A stretch of 64,000 nt of DNA from an uncultured bacterium (GCA_902770045.1 CACXRO010000001.1:46304-110303), one strand, 5' to 3'. Counted from the stretch's first letter, positions 1 to 10,505 are shown. Made by a program: numbers and translations. The notes: a model not told the origin generated them from the sequence alone.

Positions 1-1964
1 GCCTTGTGCCGCAGGACCTGCTCGCCTACCGGTTCGCCCTCGCCGTCGTCGACTGGACGCCCCGAGGCCGTCACTGCATACGACATCGCGCACGTCCGCA
101 ACACGAGCCGAATGCCGCCGACTCCTTCCGCTACCGTAAAGCGCGCCGTTCTGTCCGCCGCAAACGGCATGCGGAAAACGGGAACTCGGTTGAACGCGTA
201 GTCGAGGCGGCCGAGCTTGAGCGGCACGCGCTTCTCCGTAGGTGGTTCCGGCGGCATTTCGCCGGGAGCCAGCACCAGTACGCCGCGCGGCTGGATCTCG
301 CACGGACGACGGACATCGCCTGAAACGGCGGCAAGCCGACGCGGCCCGTTGCACATGAGGTCGAGCGCGGCAATCGTGCCGTCCGCCCATTCGCGGACAA
401 CGAGTCCGTCGGCCGGCGTGCCGTCCTGCTCCAGGAAGCGGACGCGCCGCGAGGTGCGCTCCCATGCCCAGAGCCCGGCCTCGGTCATGTTGGTGAAGAC
501 CGTGCCGCTCTTCACGTCGACAAAGCAGTTGTCATTCTTCGCCTCGAAGACGATCGGCAGGTCGGACGTCTCCTCGTCCGAAAGCAAGTCGACCGAAATC
601 TGCCGTCCGTCCAGTTCGCGCAACAGCCATTCAATTCGCGGGCTGCTCCATCCCGCGAGACATGCGATTGAACCTTCGCGCCGCGGATAGCGCACTGCCA
701 CCTGATAGACCGAGTCCTGGCGGCGAGCGAGATGCGCCGCGCGCTTCGCGTCGGCAAAGAAGTCCTTGAGCTCGCCATGCCAGGGCTGGCCCGCCATCAT
801 CGGCGAAAGGTAGCCGTGCTTCTCGACGAGTCCGCGATGATCCATGACCTGCATCGATGAAATGTAGTGGTCAATGCCGTGAAGCGCCGACATCCACACC
901 ATCTGGCGCATCCGCGCGGCAGTCATGTCGTTCGGGCCGCAGGCGTAGAGCTCGATGAGTCCGCCACGCTTGTTGCGCGAGGTCGCGTGCTGCGCCGTCG
1001 CGAAGGTGAGCCACTCCGGCTCGTTCTTCTTCATGTCGTAGCCCTTGCCCAAGCTTGCCCGCGAATAGATTTCGTCGATGCCCGGCAGCGACTCGCCCTT
1101 GATTGCCACAAGCGGATCGCCGTTGCAGAGGCACGCGCCCCAGATTCCGTGCTCGTTGATCATGTGGCCGGTGAAGAGAATGTTCATCCTGTCGCACCAC
1201 TCGCGGATCTGGTCGAAGTAGCCGGTGCGGAAGCGCCGCCCCATCAGCTTTGCGTAGACCGACCACACCTCGGCAGAACCACTGCCCGCAAGAAAGCCCT
1301 CGACGTCGGCGCGGAAGTCGCGCCCCGTCTCTGCGCGGTATTCGTCCTCCATGCCGATCCAGCGGCGGAAATGCTTACGACAGCCGGGCTTCAGGGGAAC
1401 GGCGACGGGGTGACCTGGCTCGTCGGTGAAAATGCCGAGAATTGTCTTTGACGCGAAGTACTTTGCAAGGCGTTTTTCGTAGACCTCGTGCGTCATCTTG
1501 ATGAAGAGCCGAACAGCCTCCGGTTCGCAGACGTTCACCCATCCCTGCGGCGCCATGGTCACTTCCCAGCTGAAGCCGCCCTCCTTCTTCGGATAGACCG
1601 CCCACTCGCTGTAGCGAAAACGCTCGTCGGCGGCGGGGACGCGTCCCTTGCAGGTACCGCTCGGCCAGTTGTACTCGTCATAGAGCCAGACCTTCATGCC
1701 GCTTTGCTCGGCCTCGCGGCAGAGCGTCTCGACCGCGTGGAGCCACTCCTCGCCCATGTACTTGTACTGGAGGCCGCTCCTCGCGTAGATGAGGAACTGG
1801 TCGAAGCCGTCGGCCTTGAGCGCGGCGACCTTGGCGGCGAGTTCGGCGTCGGTGGGACGGCCGGTCACCGCGAGAAACGGCATGACGGGGTTGATTTCGG
1901 CGGACGCGCCAAGCGCGCCAACGGCGACCGCAGCCGCCACGAACAGCATAAGGTAGTTCTTCAT
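1..1964 (-). CDS. GH106-like glycoside hydrolase, runs off the window
   Basis: Manual translation from ATG 1964: signal peptide, WLYDEYNWPSG and GIFTDEPG motifs. Confidence 0.7.
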   Translation of the reverse strand, partial: MKNYLMLFVAAAVAVGALGASAEINPVMPFLAVTGRPTDAELAAKVAALKADGFDQFLIYARSGLQYKYMGEEWLHAVETLCREAEQSGMKVWLYDEYNWPSGTCKGRVPAADERFRYSEWAVYPKKEGGFSWEVTMAPQGWVNVCEPEAVRLFIKMTHEVYEKRLAKYFASKTILGIFTDEPGHPVAVPLKPGCRKHFRRWIGMEDEYRAETGRDFRADVEGFLAGSGSAEVWSVYAKLMGRRFRTGYFDQIREWCDRMNILFTGHMINEHGIWGACLCNGDPLVAIKGESLPGIDEIYSRASLGKGYDMKKNEPEWLTFATAQHATSRNKRGGLIELYACGPNDMTAARMRQMVWMSALHGIDHYISSMQVMDHRGLVEKHGYLSPMMAGQPWHGELKDFFADAKRAAHLARRQDSVYQVAVRYPRREGSIACLAGWSSPRIEWLLRELDGRQISVDLLSDEETSDLPIVFEAKNDNCFVDVKSGTVFTNMTEAGLWAWERTSRRVRFLEQDGTPADGLVVREWADGTIAALDLMCNGPRRLAAVSGDVRRPCEIQPRGVLVLAPGEMPPEPPTEKRVPLKLGRLDYAFNRVPVFRMPFAADRTARFTVAEGVGGIRLVLRTCAMSYAVTASGRPVDDGEGEPVGEQVLRHK

Positions 1965-2028
1965 GGCGTGAATTATACTATATTCGCGTCGTGCGGACAA
2001 CGAGCTCGGCCGGAGTCGGTGGCTGATT

Positions 2029-3177
2029 TCACTGGTTGAGGTCGGTGGTCCTGAAGTTCACCCCGTGACCCTCGCGCCAGAAGCGGCCGGGCCTGAAGTT
2101 CCCGGTCCCCAGTCCGAAGGCCGTGCCCTGGAGCGTGTAGGAGATGCTGCCGCGCCATCCGCCCGGCGTCTCCTCGGTCGCGGCGCGCTCGCCGTCGCCG
2201 TCGGGGTCGTCGGGGATGTAGTCGGCGTTGAAGCGCTCGGCGTTGAAGTCGATCGCCGTCAGGTGCCCGCGCCCGCGGAAGCGCGGCAGATGCGCGCAGC
2301 CCTCGTCGCAGCAGTTGATCATCGTGAGCGTCTTGGGGCTGCCGCGCTCGAACCAGTAGCCGTAGACGCAGCGCGCCGCCATGCAGCCGGTCATCACGAG
2401 GTGGTCTACCTCGTCGAACACGAAGCCGGTGTGCATTCCGCCCACGTTGACCTCGTTGTAGCGGCTCCTGGCGCTCTCGTCGTTGCTCCCCGGGAGCGAA
2501 TAGACGCCGATCGACCCCTTCGCCGGCGTCGCCGGCTTCCGGTGCTCGTAGCGGTCGGGGAAGTAGCGCTCGGTGTAGACGCCCACGAGGTCGAGCTCCA
2601 TCGAGCCGAAGTGGCGGCCGTCGATGCCGACGAGCGGCTTCGAGGCGTCGTGGAAGAGGATGCGGAAGTTGACGAAGTTCACGTTGTTGACGTGGGTGTA
2701 GGTGTAGGTGTCGCCGGGGCCCTCGGGGATGCGCCCGGCGCCGAAGAACACGCGGTAGACGCCGTTCGTCGCCATCGCGTCCATCGCGCGCTTGGTGACG
2801 TGCAGCGTGGCGCCGCGGTAGGCGCCGTAGACCTTGCCCTCGGTGGTGCCCTTCACCGTCACCACGCGGGTTAGGCCGTCGTTGTAGCCGAAGAGAATGG
2901 CGGAGTTCCCCTCGTTCGTGCAGGCGTCGAGCCGGTAGTCGCCGTCCGCGAGGCGCACCGTGCCGCCGTACTTCAGCCGCGCGATCGCCGCGTTGATGAC
3001 GGCCTCGTCGTTCGTCCCGGTGCAGACGAAGTCCGCCGCCTGCTTCTCGAACGCGCGAGAATTCGCCGCCGCGACGACGACTTCCGTCGGCGGCTCGGTC
3101 TCCGCCGGCGCCGGCGCGCACATTGCCAACGCAAGGACGGCGGCCGCGGCCGCATTCACTGTCGTCTGCTTCGTCAT
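2029..3177 (-). CDS. Secreted protein, probable pectin-lyase-like beta-helix
   Basis: Signal peptide; ADFVCTGTNDEAVINAAI..GGTVRLADGDY cap motif. Confidence 0.55.
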   Translation of the reverse strand: MTKQTTVNAAAAAVLALAMCAPAPAETEPPTEVVVAAANSRAFEKQAADFVCTGTNDEAVINAAIARLKYGGTVRLADGDYRLDACTNEGNSAILFGYNDGLTRVVTVKGTTEGKVYGAYRGATLHVTKRAMDAMATNGVYRVFFGAGRIPEGPGDTYTYTHVNNVNFVNFRILFHDASKPLVGIDGRHFGSMELDLVGVYTERYFPDRYEHRKPATPAKGSIGVYSLPGSNDESARSRYNEVNVGGMHTGFVFDEVDHLVMTGCMAARCVYGYWFERGSPKTLTMINCCDEGCAHLPRFRGRGHLTAIDFNAERFNADYIPDDPDGDGERAATEETPGGWRGSISYTLQGTAFGLGTGNFRPGRFWREGHGVNFRTTDLNQ

Positions 3178-3181
3178 GACG

Positions 3182-4456
3182 TCACTCCTCCTGTTTGCGG
3201 GGAAGGATGAAGGCGGCGAGGAACGCGAGAAGGATCGGCAAGGCGACGACGTTGACGGCGACGGCGCGCGCGACTTCGCGGGGCTCGACGCATTCATCGC
3301 GGGAAAGCCGCTCGAGCGGAGTGAGCGACGAGACCGGGTGCGTCGCGTCGGCGACCGTCCGCGCCACCATTAGCCCGATCCGGTCGGAGAGCGTCGCGCC
3401 AAATTCGTCCGGATACTGCTCCACCACGCTCGGGCTCATCTCGCTCACCAGCAGGAAGACTATCGCCGTGAAGAGCGCCACCGGGCGCCCCAGCGCAGCG
3501 GAAAGAAACACCCCGAAGGCGACGACAAGCGTGACCACCGCGGCCATCTCTGCCCACGACCGCAGCAGGTTCCAGACAAACGAGTCCGCCGGCACCAGCA
3601 GCTCCACGTCGCGGCGTGGACGCATCATCAGCGCGTCTTTGCCGTCGTTGCGGAACGTCAGCACCCCCTCCTCGCCGGCGTCGCCGCCGCGGTCGGCGAG
3701 CGGGAAGACAAGCACCGCCTGGGTCAGGTTGGAGACCACCGCGGAAAGCGCCCCGAGCCGCAGCTCGCCGGACACGTCCTGTCGCGCGTTGTAGGTGTTC
3801 GAGAACTTGAGCCGCGCCGAGACTTCGCCGGAACGCGGCGCCTCCACTCCGTCGAAGCGGAAGCGCCAGCGCGCCGTCGAGTTGGTGCGCACCGTCTCGT
3901 AGCGGTCCCACGCGCGCGTCTCCAGAATCCTCAGCACCGTCGAGCGCCGGGCCTTCTTCACCGCCTCGGGCGTGTCCGGCGACTTCATATACTCCGCGTA
4001 CATCGCCTTCGCCTCCTCGGCCGGCGACGGCATGACGGGATGGAGCACATGGACGCAGCGCCGCCCTTCCACGGCGGTTCCGGCCGCGAACGGGGCGAGC
4101 GCGCAGGCGAGAGCGAGCACCGCCGCGCCGGCTGACGCAAGCGCGGCGATCTTGGCCGCCGCGATCGTGAAGTACCTGACCGGCCGCACCATCGTCAGCT
4201 GCAGCCGCTTCGCCGCACGCTCCCGCGCGAGCGACCCGGTGGCCGCCGCCAGCATCGAGACGGTCACGAGCGCCATCACGCCGCCGAGGCCGTAGCGGAG
4301 GCAGACCTCGCGCATGCCCTCCGCAGTGCCGTCGCCCACCACCAGCCGCGGCACCGCGAGCATCCACGCCGCCGACGCCGCCGACAGCATCGCCAGCGAC
4401 CACGAGCGCGACAGCGCCCGGAGCTCCAGCAGGAATATGTCGAGAAACGCCCTCAT
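3182..4456 (-). CDS. ABC-2 type permease
   Basis: Multiple TM helices, ERAAKRLQLTMVRPV motif, next to ABC ATPase. Confidence 0.75.
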   Translation of the reverse strand: MRAFLDIFLLELRALSRSWSLAMLSAASAAWMLAVPRLVVGDGTAEGMREVCLRYGLGGVMALVTVSMLAAATGSLARERAAKRLQLTMVRPVRYFTIAAAKIAALASAGAAVLALACALAPFAAGTAVEGRRCVHVLHPVMPSPAEEAKAMYAEYMKSPDTPEAVKKARRSTVLRILETRAWDRYETVRTNSTARWRFRFDGVEAPRSGEVSARLKFSNTYNARQDVSGELRLGALSAVVSNLTQAVLVFPLADRGGDAGEEGVLTFRNDGKDALMMRPRRDVELLVPADSFVWNLLRSWAEMAAVVTLVVAFGVFLSAALGRPVALFTAIVFLLVSEMSPSVVEQYPDEFGATLSDRIGLMVARTVADATHPVSSLTPLERLSRDECVEPREVARAVAVNVVALPILLAFLAAFILPRKQEE

Positions 4457-4465
4457 CGCCGCCGG

Positions 4466-5236
4466 TCACCCCTTGAGGAAAGGCGCGAGCGCGAAGTCCT
4501 GCACGTCCCCGACCTTGGCGAGGAAGAACTCCTCGAGGCTCGTCCCCAGCTCCGCCACCCTGCCCTCGGCGACCGACTTGCCGTGGTTGAGGATCATCAC
4601 CCGGTCGCAGATGTCCTCGGCGTCCGCCAGCATGTGCGAGGTGGTGAGCACCGTCATTCCGCCGCGCGCGAGCGCCTTGACGAGCGTCTTCACCTCCTTG
4701 GTCGAGATCGGATCGAGTCCGGAGGTCGGCTCGTCCAGCACCAGCAGCTCGGGCCTGCCCACGAGCGCGGACGCGAGCGCCACCCTGCGCGCCATGCCCT
4801 TGGAAAATCCGCCCACCGGACGGTTCGCGACGTCCTCCAGCCCCACCATCGCCAGCAGCTCGCGCGTCCGCCGCGCCGCCTCGCGCCGCGGCAGGGAGCA
4901 GAGCCCGGCGTAGTAGCGGAGCGTCTCCGCGGCGGTCAGGAACGGGTGCAGGTAGCTGAGCTCGGGCAGGTACCCGAGCCGGCGGCGCGCGGCGACCGAC
5001 CGCGGACCAAGCCCGAAGAGCCGCACCTGGCCGGCGCTGGGCGAGAGGAGCCCGAGGATCATCTTGATCGTGGTCGACTTGCCGGAGCCGTTCGGGCCGA
5101 GGAGCCCGAACACCTCGCCGCGGCGGACTCCGAGCGAAAGCGCGTCCACCGCCACCACCGTCGGCCGCAGCCAGAAGTCGCGGAAGGTCTTGGACACGCC
5201 GTTGAGCGAAACTACGATTTCAGGTTCCATGGTCAT
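4466..5236 (-). CDS. ABC transporter ATP-binding protein
   Basis: GPNGSGKST, FSKGM, LVLDEPTSGLD; start taken at MTMEPE. Confidence 0.92.
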   Translation of the reverse strand: MTMEPEIVVSLNGVSKTFRDFWLRPTVVAVDALSLGVRRGEVFGLLGPNGSGKSTTIKMILGLLSPSAGQVRLFGLGPRSVAARRRLGYLPELSYLHPFLTAAETLRYYAGLCSLPRREAARRTRELLAMVGLEDVANRPVGGFSKGMARRVALASALVGRPELLVLDEPTSGLDPISTKEVKTLVKALARGGMTVLTTSHMLADAEDICDRVMILNHGKSVAEGRVAELGTSLEEFFLAKVGDVQDFALAPFLKG

Positions 5237-6114
5237 TCCCGGTTCAGGCTGAAGTGGATTCCGAAGATCAGGAAGCCGGCCACCGCCGGCAGCGCGGCGG
5301 CGACCGCGAGCGCGACGTCGCCGAGCGGGATCGACCCGCCGCGCGAAAGCGACTCGGCGCGGTAGTAGACGTCCATCGCCGGCAGCATCGCCGCGAGCAC
5401 GACGCCGGAAAGCGCCGCGGCGGCGTTGGCGCGGAAGCGCACCGCAAACGCGGCGGCAGCGGAGAGCAGCACCAGCGCCGGGCAGGCGACAAGCACCGCC
5501 GCCGGCACGAGCCTGAGGCAGTCCCCTCCGGACAGCGCGGCGGACACCGCTCCGCCCGCGACGGAGACGCCAGCCGCGATGAAGAACGCCGTCAGCACGA
5601 AGCGGAAGCGGAAGAACCGGTTGAGCGCGGCGGCGAGAGCAAGCGGCAGGACAATCGCGGCGACGCCGACGGCGACGCACGGGCCGTAAACGCGCGCGAG
5701 CTGGGCGGTCTGCTCGGCGATGGCGCCGCCGATGGCCGCGCCGGTGAACATCGTGACCGCGGTGCCCGCGACCGCCGCCGCGAAGACGGCGAAGGCGACG
5801 GCGACGCCGGCGGCCTTCGCGAGGAAGAATCCGCCGCGGGCGACCGCGTGGGCGAGCGCCATCTCCTGGGTGCCGGTCTCAATCTCGCGGCGGACGGCGC
5901 GGATCGCGCCAAAGACCGCGAAGACTGCGCCGCAGGTGAGGAGCGCCGACAGCGCCGCGTCCCGCGCCATGCGGGTGGGGTCGCCGAACTGGTGGTAGTG
6001 GAAGACCGGCGCGAACACCTCCAGCGCCATCGCCGCCAGCATGACAAGCAGCGAAAGCGGCGACGACGCCACCTCAAGCGCGGTCGCCAGCGTTATGGAG
6101 ACGTAGGGCTTCAA
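5233..6114 (-). CDS. ABC-2 type permease (start uncertain)
   Basis: Hydrophobic, REIETGT motif, operon context. Confidence 0.7.
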   Translation of the reverse strand: MKPYVSITLATALEVASSPLSLLVMLAAMALEVFAPVFHYHQFGDPTRMARDAALSALLTCGAVFAVFGAIRAVRREIETGTQEMALAHAVARGGFFLAKAAGVAVAFAVFAAAVAGTAVTMFTGAAIGGAIAEQTAQLARVYGPCVAVGVAAIVLPLALAAALNRFFRFRFVLTAFFIAAGVSVAGGAVSAALSGGDCLRLVPAAVLVACPALVLLSAAAAFAVRFRANAAAALSGVVLAAMLPAMDVYYRAESLSRGGSIPLGDVALAVAAALPAVAGFLIFGIHFSLNRE

Positions 6115-6122
6115 GCGCCAGA

Positions 6123-7418
6123 TCAGAAGTAGTTGGTCTGCGTGTTCTGGTAGAGGAACCACGCGAGCACGCCGATCGCCACGCACGCCGCGAACTGGAC
6201 GATCATCGAAAGCGTCTGCACCCAGCCGGCCACGTCGTCCACCGCCTGCACCGGCACCGGCGCCTGCGGCATGGACGGAATGTCCGGGATGTCGGCGACG
6301 TCGCCGTCGGCCGGAGGCTTCGCCGCGTCTGCCGGAGGCTTCGCCGCGTCGGCGCCGGGGCGCTTGACGGTGAACTTGCCGGACGGCCGCACCGGACCGC
6401 CGGGCCGGGAAATCTTGAGCGTCTTGCGCTGGGTGACGCTGACGGGCTGCGTTGTCGCGGCGGACTTCGCCGCCGGCGCGGCAGCCGTGCCGGCTGGCGC
6501 GGCCGGAGCCTCTGGCTTCGCCGCCGGCGCCGCGGGCGCGACTGCGGCCGGCTTCGCCGCAGGCTGGGCGGGGAGCCGCGAGGTGCCGCCCGCGATGTCG
6601 CTCGGCCGCTTGATGCGGATCGTCTTCATCGGGGCGTTCTCGTTCTTCACCGGCGCAACGCCCATCGCGTCCGAAAGCGAGATGCGGGCCGTCTTGTGCT
6701 TGGCGGCCTCCTTCTGCGCATCGGTCATCGAAGTGTCGGCGATGATGCCGGTCTTGTGCAGAATCGCCTGCTGCGGAATCGGCTGGGTGACGCCCTTCAG
6801 CTTCTGGGTGATCGTCTTGAGCGTCGAAAGCGAATTGGCCGGGGCGGCTTCAGCGGCCGGCGCGGCAGCGGGGGCGGCGGCTGGCGCGGCGGGAGCAGCG
6901 GGGGCGGCCGCCGGGCTGGTCGTCGCCACAGTTGGCGTCACCGGACGCGGCAGCGGCTTCGCGGCGACCGAGGCGCCGGGCTTGCGGATCTGCGGAATGC
7001 CAGGCTTGGTCGGCAGCTTGAAGCCGGGACGAAGCGCGCCCACCGTGGCACCGGGCTTCGGAGGCAGCTTGAGACCGGGCTTGAGGCCGCCGACCGTAGC
7101 GCCAGGCTTAGGCGGCAGCTTGAGACCGGGCTTGAGGCCGCCGACCGTGGCACCCGGCTTCGGCGGCAGCTTGAGACCCGGCCTGAGCGCGGCGGTCGCA
7201 GGCGACGCCGGCGCTTTCGGCGCGGCGGCGGGCGCCGTTGCTTTCGGCGCTGCAGGCGCAGGGGCGGGAGCTGGCGCTGGAGCGGGCGCTGGAGCGGGAA
7301 CGCCCACGGTCGGCGCAGGGGCCGCGCCCACGGCCGGACGCGCCAATGGATTCGCCTTCGGCGGCTCTTCCGCCACCGGGGTCATCTCGACCGGAATCAT
7401 CTCGACTTCGTCTGCCAT
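6123..7418 (-). CDS. Pro/Ala/Lys-rich disordered protein with C-terminal TM helix
   Basis: GGAGG RBS, GC3-biased codons, C-terminal hydrophobic helix. Confidence 0.7.
   Translation of the reverse strand: MADEVEMIPVEMTPVAEEPPKANPLARPAVGAAPAPTVGVPAPAPAPAPAPAPAPAAPKATAPAAAPKAPASPATAALRPGLKLPPKPGATVGGLKPGLKLPPKPGATVGGLKPGLKLPPKPGATVGALRPGFKLPTKPGIPQIRKPGASVAAKPLPRPVTPTVATTSPAAAPAAPAAPAAAPAAAPAAEAAPANSLSTLKTITQKLKGVTQPIPQQAILHKTGIIADTSMTDAQKEAAKHKTARISLSDAMGVAPVKNENAPMKTIRIKRPSDIAGGTSRLPAQPAAKPAAVAPAAPAAKPEAPAAPAGTAAAPAAKSAATTQPVSVTQRKTLKISRPGGPVRPSGKFTVKRPGADAAKPPADAAKPPADGDVADIPDIPSMPQAPVPVQAVDDVAGWVQTLSMIVQFAACVAIGVLAWFLYQNTQTNYF
7012..7187. repeat. 51-bp in-frame tandem repeat, ~3.5 copies (LKPGLKLPPKPGATVGG)
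   Basis: GGCAGCTTGA recurs at 7012, 7063, 7114, 7165. Confidence 0.9.
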
Positions 7419-7443
7419 GTCGTGCCTCCCGCGAATCAAGGGG

Positions 7444-8007
7444 TCAAACCGCCATCACCTCGGATTCCTTGGCCTTGAGCTCGGCGTCGATCTTCGCGAT
7501 GCCGTCGTCCGTGGCCTTCTGGATCTTGTCGAGGCCGGCCTTCATGTCGTCCTCGGAAATCTTCTTGTCCTTCTCGAGCTTCTTCACCGCGTCGTTGGCG
7601 TCGCGGCGGATGTTGCGCATCGCCACCTTCTGCGCCTCGGCCTGGGTCTTGGCGACCTTGACGATCTCCTTGCGGCGCTCCTCGTTCAGCTCCGGCACCG
7701 TGATGCGCAGCACCTTGCCGTCGGACTGCGGGGTGACGCCGATGTTCGCGGCGAGGATCGCCTTGTTCATCGCGTCGATCACCGTGGGGTCGAACGGCGC
7801 GATCTTGATCTGCCGCGGCTCCGGGGTGGAGATGGTGCCGAGGTTCTTGATCGGCGTCGGGCAGCCGTAGTAGTCCACCTTGATCTGGTCGACCATCGCC
7901 GGGGACGCCTTGCCGGTCCTGAGACCCGCGAACTGCGCCTTCAGCGCGTCGAAGCTCTTCGCGATCTTCGCCGTTGCGTCGTTGAGCACTTCTGCTACCG
8001 TGTTCAT
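7444..8007 (-). CDS. frr: Ribosome recycling factor
   Basis: LRTGKASP, PELNEERRKE, RNIRRDAN. Confidence 0.97.
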   Translation of the reverse strand: MNTVAEVLNDATAKIAKSFDALKAQFAGLRTGKASPAMVDQIKVDYYGCPTPIKNLGTISTPEPRQIKIAPFDPTVIDAMNKAILAANIGVTPQSDGKVLRITVPELNEERRKEIVKVAKTQAEAQKVAMRNIRRDANDAVKKLEKDKKISEDDMKAGLDKIQKATDDGIAKIDAELKAKESEVMAV

Positions 8008-8048
8008 TTCGTTTTCCTTTTGCCTTGTAGGTTCTAAGCCTGCCTCCG

Positions 8049-8777
8049 TCAGCTGACGATCGTCCCGACCGCCTCGCCCTTCACCACGCGCTCGAGCGCC
8101 TTCGGGTCGAAGAAGTCGAAGACCACGATCGGGATGTTGTTGTCCATGCACAGCGCGAACGCGGCGGAGTCCATCACCTTCAGCCGCTTCTCGAGCGCCG
8201 TCTCGTACTTGAGCGAGCCGTACTTCTTCGCCTTCGGGTCCTTCTTCGGGTCGGCGGTGTAGATGCCGTCGACCTTCGTCGCCTTGAGGAGCGCGTCCGC
8301 GCCGATCTCGCTCGCCTTGAGCGCGGCGGCGGAGTCGGTGGAGAAGTACGGGTTGCCGGTGCCGCCGCCGAAGATCAGCACGCGGCCCTTCTCGAAGTGG
8401 CGGAGCGCGCGGCGCTGGATGAACGGCTCGGCGAGTTTCGGCATCTCGATCGCGGTCATGACGCGGGTGGGGACGCCGATCGACTCGAGCGCGTTCATCA
8501 TCGCGAGCGCGTTGATGATCGTGGCGAGCATGCCCATCGAGTCGCCGGTCACGCGGTTGACGCCCTTGCCGGCGCCGGTAAGGCCGCGGAAGATGTTGCC
8601 GCCGCCGAGGACGATGCCGACCTCGACGCCGAGCGAGTGGATCTTCTTCACCCGAGCCGCCATGAAGGCGAGCTTCTCGGGGTCGATGCACTCGCCGGTT
8701 TCGCGGTTGCCGAGCACCTCTCCCGAGAGCTTCAGGAGGATGCGCCGGTACTTCAACTTCCTATTCGCCTTTTTCAC
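8049..8777 (-). CDS. pyrH: UMP kinase (start GTG 8777 or ATG 8786)
   Basis: LLKLSGE, GGGNIFRG, GNPYFSTD; upstream of frr. Confidence 0.97.
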   Translation of the reverse strand: MKKANRKLKYRRILLKLSGEVLGNRETGECIDPEKLAFMAARVKKIHSLGVEVGIVLGGGNIFRGLTGAGKGVNRVTGDSMGMLATIINALAMMNALESIGVPTRVMTAIEMPKLAEPFIQRRALRHFEKGRVLIFGGGTGNPYFSTDSAAALKASEIGADALLKATKVDGIYTADPKKDPKAKKYGSLKYETALEKRLKVMDSAAFALCMDNNIPIVVFDFFDPKALERVVKGEAVGTIVS

Positions 8778-8813
8778 GTCGCGCATTTTACCATTTTGGC
8801 GGCAAGAACGCAA

Positions 8814-9272
8814 CTACTGCTTGGCCTTCGCAGCGGGCGGATTCGGCGGCAGGATCAGGCAGCTGGTGCGTACCTCGTGGCGGTTCAGGAGGAAGAGGCT
8901 CCACGCCGAGCTGTCGTCCTGCGAGGTGATGACATGCGCGATCCGCCGCGAGCCGACGCGGTCGAGGGCGTAGTTGAGCGACTTGAGGTTGCCGTCCACC
9001 GTCGCCAGGTCGGTGAAGAAGCGGACCCTGTAGTCGTCCATGCAGTCCCCGCCGCCCTGCTCCTTCGACCACGGCACGCCGGAGCAGATCGGAATGCACC
9101 AGAGGAGCTGGTAGGAGAAGTTCTGGGTCAGGAAGGTCGCCATCGGCGTCTCGCCGTCGTTGACCTTGACCGCGGAGTTCCACCGCGCGATCTCGCTGTA
9201 CGAGCTGCACCCGGCGAGCGCAAGCGCCGCGAGCGCGATGAACGTAGCCTTTGCAGACGTGAGCATTTTCAT
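8814..9272 (-). CDS. Hypothetical lipoprotein
   Basis: Lipobox LAGC. Confidence 0.7.
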   Translation of the reverse strand: MKMLTSAKATFIALAALALAGCSSYSEIARWNSAVKVNDGETPMATFLTQNFSYQLLWCIPICSGVPWSKEQGGGDCMDDYRVRFFTDLATVDGNLKSLNYALDRVGSRRIAHVITSQDDSSAWSLFLLNRHEVRTSCLILPPNPPAAKAKQ

Positions 9273-9742
9273 TTCGCACCACCTTCCGTTTTGGGCACCA
9301 TCACCGCCGAGAGGCTGAGGTGCGACGACCCGAAGAATATCCCGATAAGCCCGGCGTAGCTGCTGAACCCGGCGTAGGTGGCGTCGGAATCGAGCAGCGA
9401 GTAGTCCACGAGGTCGCAGTTCTTCGCCGCGGCCGCCTTATGCAGCGTGTCCTGCAGCGTCTCGACGTCGAGGATGTCGTTGAAGAAAGTGACGCCGCCG
9501 TTGATGTCATTCGTCTTGTCGTTCCACCTCACGTCGCCGGCAAAGAGCGGGATCGACCAGAAGAGATAGTAGCAGGTCGTGTCGGCCACCACCAGCCTGG
9601 ACGGCTTGCCATCCGTTCCCTTGACCTCGACGCCGTCAAGCGCGCGCGGCGACGAATAGGTTAGCGACGCACACCCAGTGGCCAGCAGCGACAACGCCGC
9701 GACTGCGCCCAGGAGCGCCCTTCGACATGTTTCTGTTCTCAT
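9269..9742 (-). CDS. Hypothetical lipoprotein, probable paralog of neighbour
   Basis: Lipobox ATGC; YYLFWSIPLFAG resembles neighbour's YQLLWCIPICSG. Confidence 0.7.
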   Translation of the reverse strand: MRTETCRRALLGAVAALSLLATGCASLTYSSPRALDGVEVKGTDGKPSRLVVADTTCYYLFWSIPLFAGDVRWNDKTNDINGGVTFFNDILDVETLQDTLHKAAAAKNCDLVDYSLLDSDATYAGFSSYAGLIGIFFGSSHLSLSAVMVPKTEGGAK

Positions 9743-9881
9743 TCCGATTGTCCTTTCATCAGGTGCTGTTCTGCCCTGTGTTGCGTATTATACCAAAAAA
9801 ATCGTTGCTCGTGGACTACGGGAAGACCGAATCCGTCTCGGACTGTCACCTTGACCGCAGAGAACCTGACTGATTGGGTGT

Positions 9882-10505
9882 TCATGGCGTTTTCCCCGTT
9901 GTTGGCGTAAGAAGGCCGGCGCGGGACAGGGCGGACTTGAGCGAGGCCCACATCTTCCTCTTGCATTCCTTCTGCCCCTCCGAACCTTCGCTGAAGCGGA
10001 GTATGAATTCGGGCGAATAGGTGACGAGCGCATCGGCGCCAGAAGGCGTCTTCGTCCAGCTGCCAGGCTGACACGCCCCGCCGGGCATGATCTGCACAAG
10101 CGCATTGGAGCCCAGGACTACGCAGACCTTCGCCGGCGGCAGCGGTCCGCCGCCGAATACCACCTGGTACTGCCCCTCCCCGAGCTTCATTGCCTTGATG
10201 ATGTTGTCCATCAGCGCCTGGGCCCGCTCCGTGAACGGCCGATGATGGACAAAGAGGATGGGGACGAGGTTCGTGGCTCGTGGTTTTGCTGGGGGCGGAG
10301 CCTCTAGGGATCCTAGATTCCCTAGAATCCTAGATGAGGGCGTTTTGGCGCCGGCACCAGCGAGCGGAGGCGAAGCCAAAACCTGACTCGCCTCCTCGAG
10401 CGGCGCGAGCAGCTTGCGGTCGCAGGGGACGATCCTGTTGCCGAGCTCGCGCTCGAGCTCGAGCGCGGATTCAAAGCCGTCGAGGATGGCGTCGAGCGCC
10501 GTCAC
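9882..10505 (-). CDS. Degenerate uracil-DNA glycosylase family 4-like protein
   Basis: VVLGSNA and [17 protein letters not shown] resemble the UDG4 C-terminus. Confidence 0.55.
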   Translation of the reverse strand: MTALDAILDGFESALELERELGNRIVPCDRKLLAPLEEASQVLASPPLAGAGAKTPSSRILGNLGSLEAPPPAKPRATNLVPILFVHHRPFTERAQALMDNIIKAMKLGEGQYQVVFGGGPLPPAKVCVVLGSNALVQIMPGGACQPGSWTKTPSGADALVTYSPEFILRFSEGSEGQKECKRKMWASLKSALSRAGLLTPTTGKTP

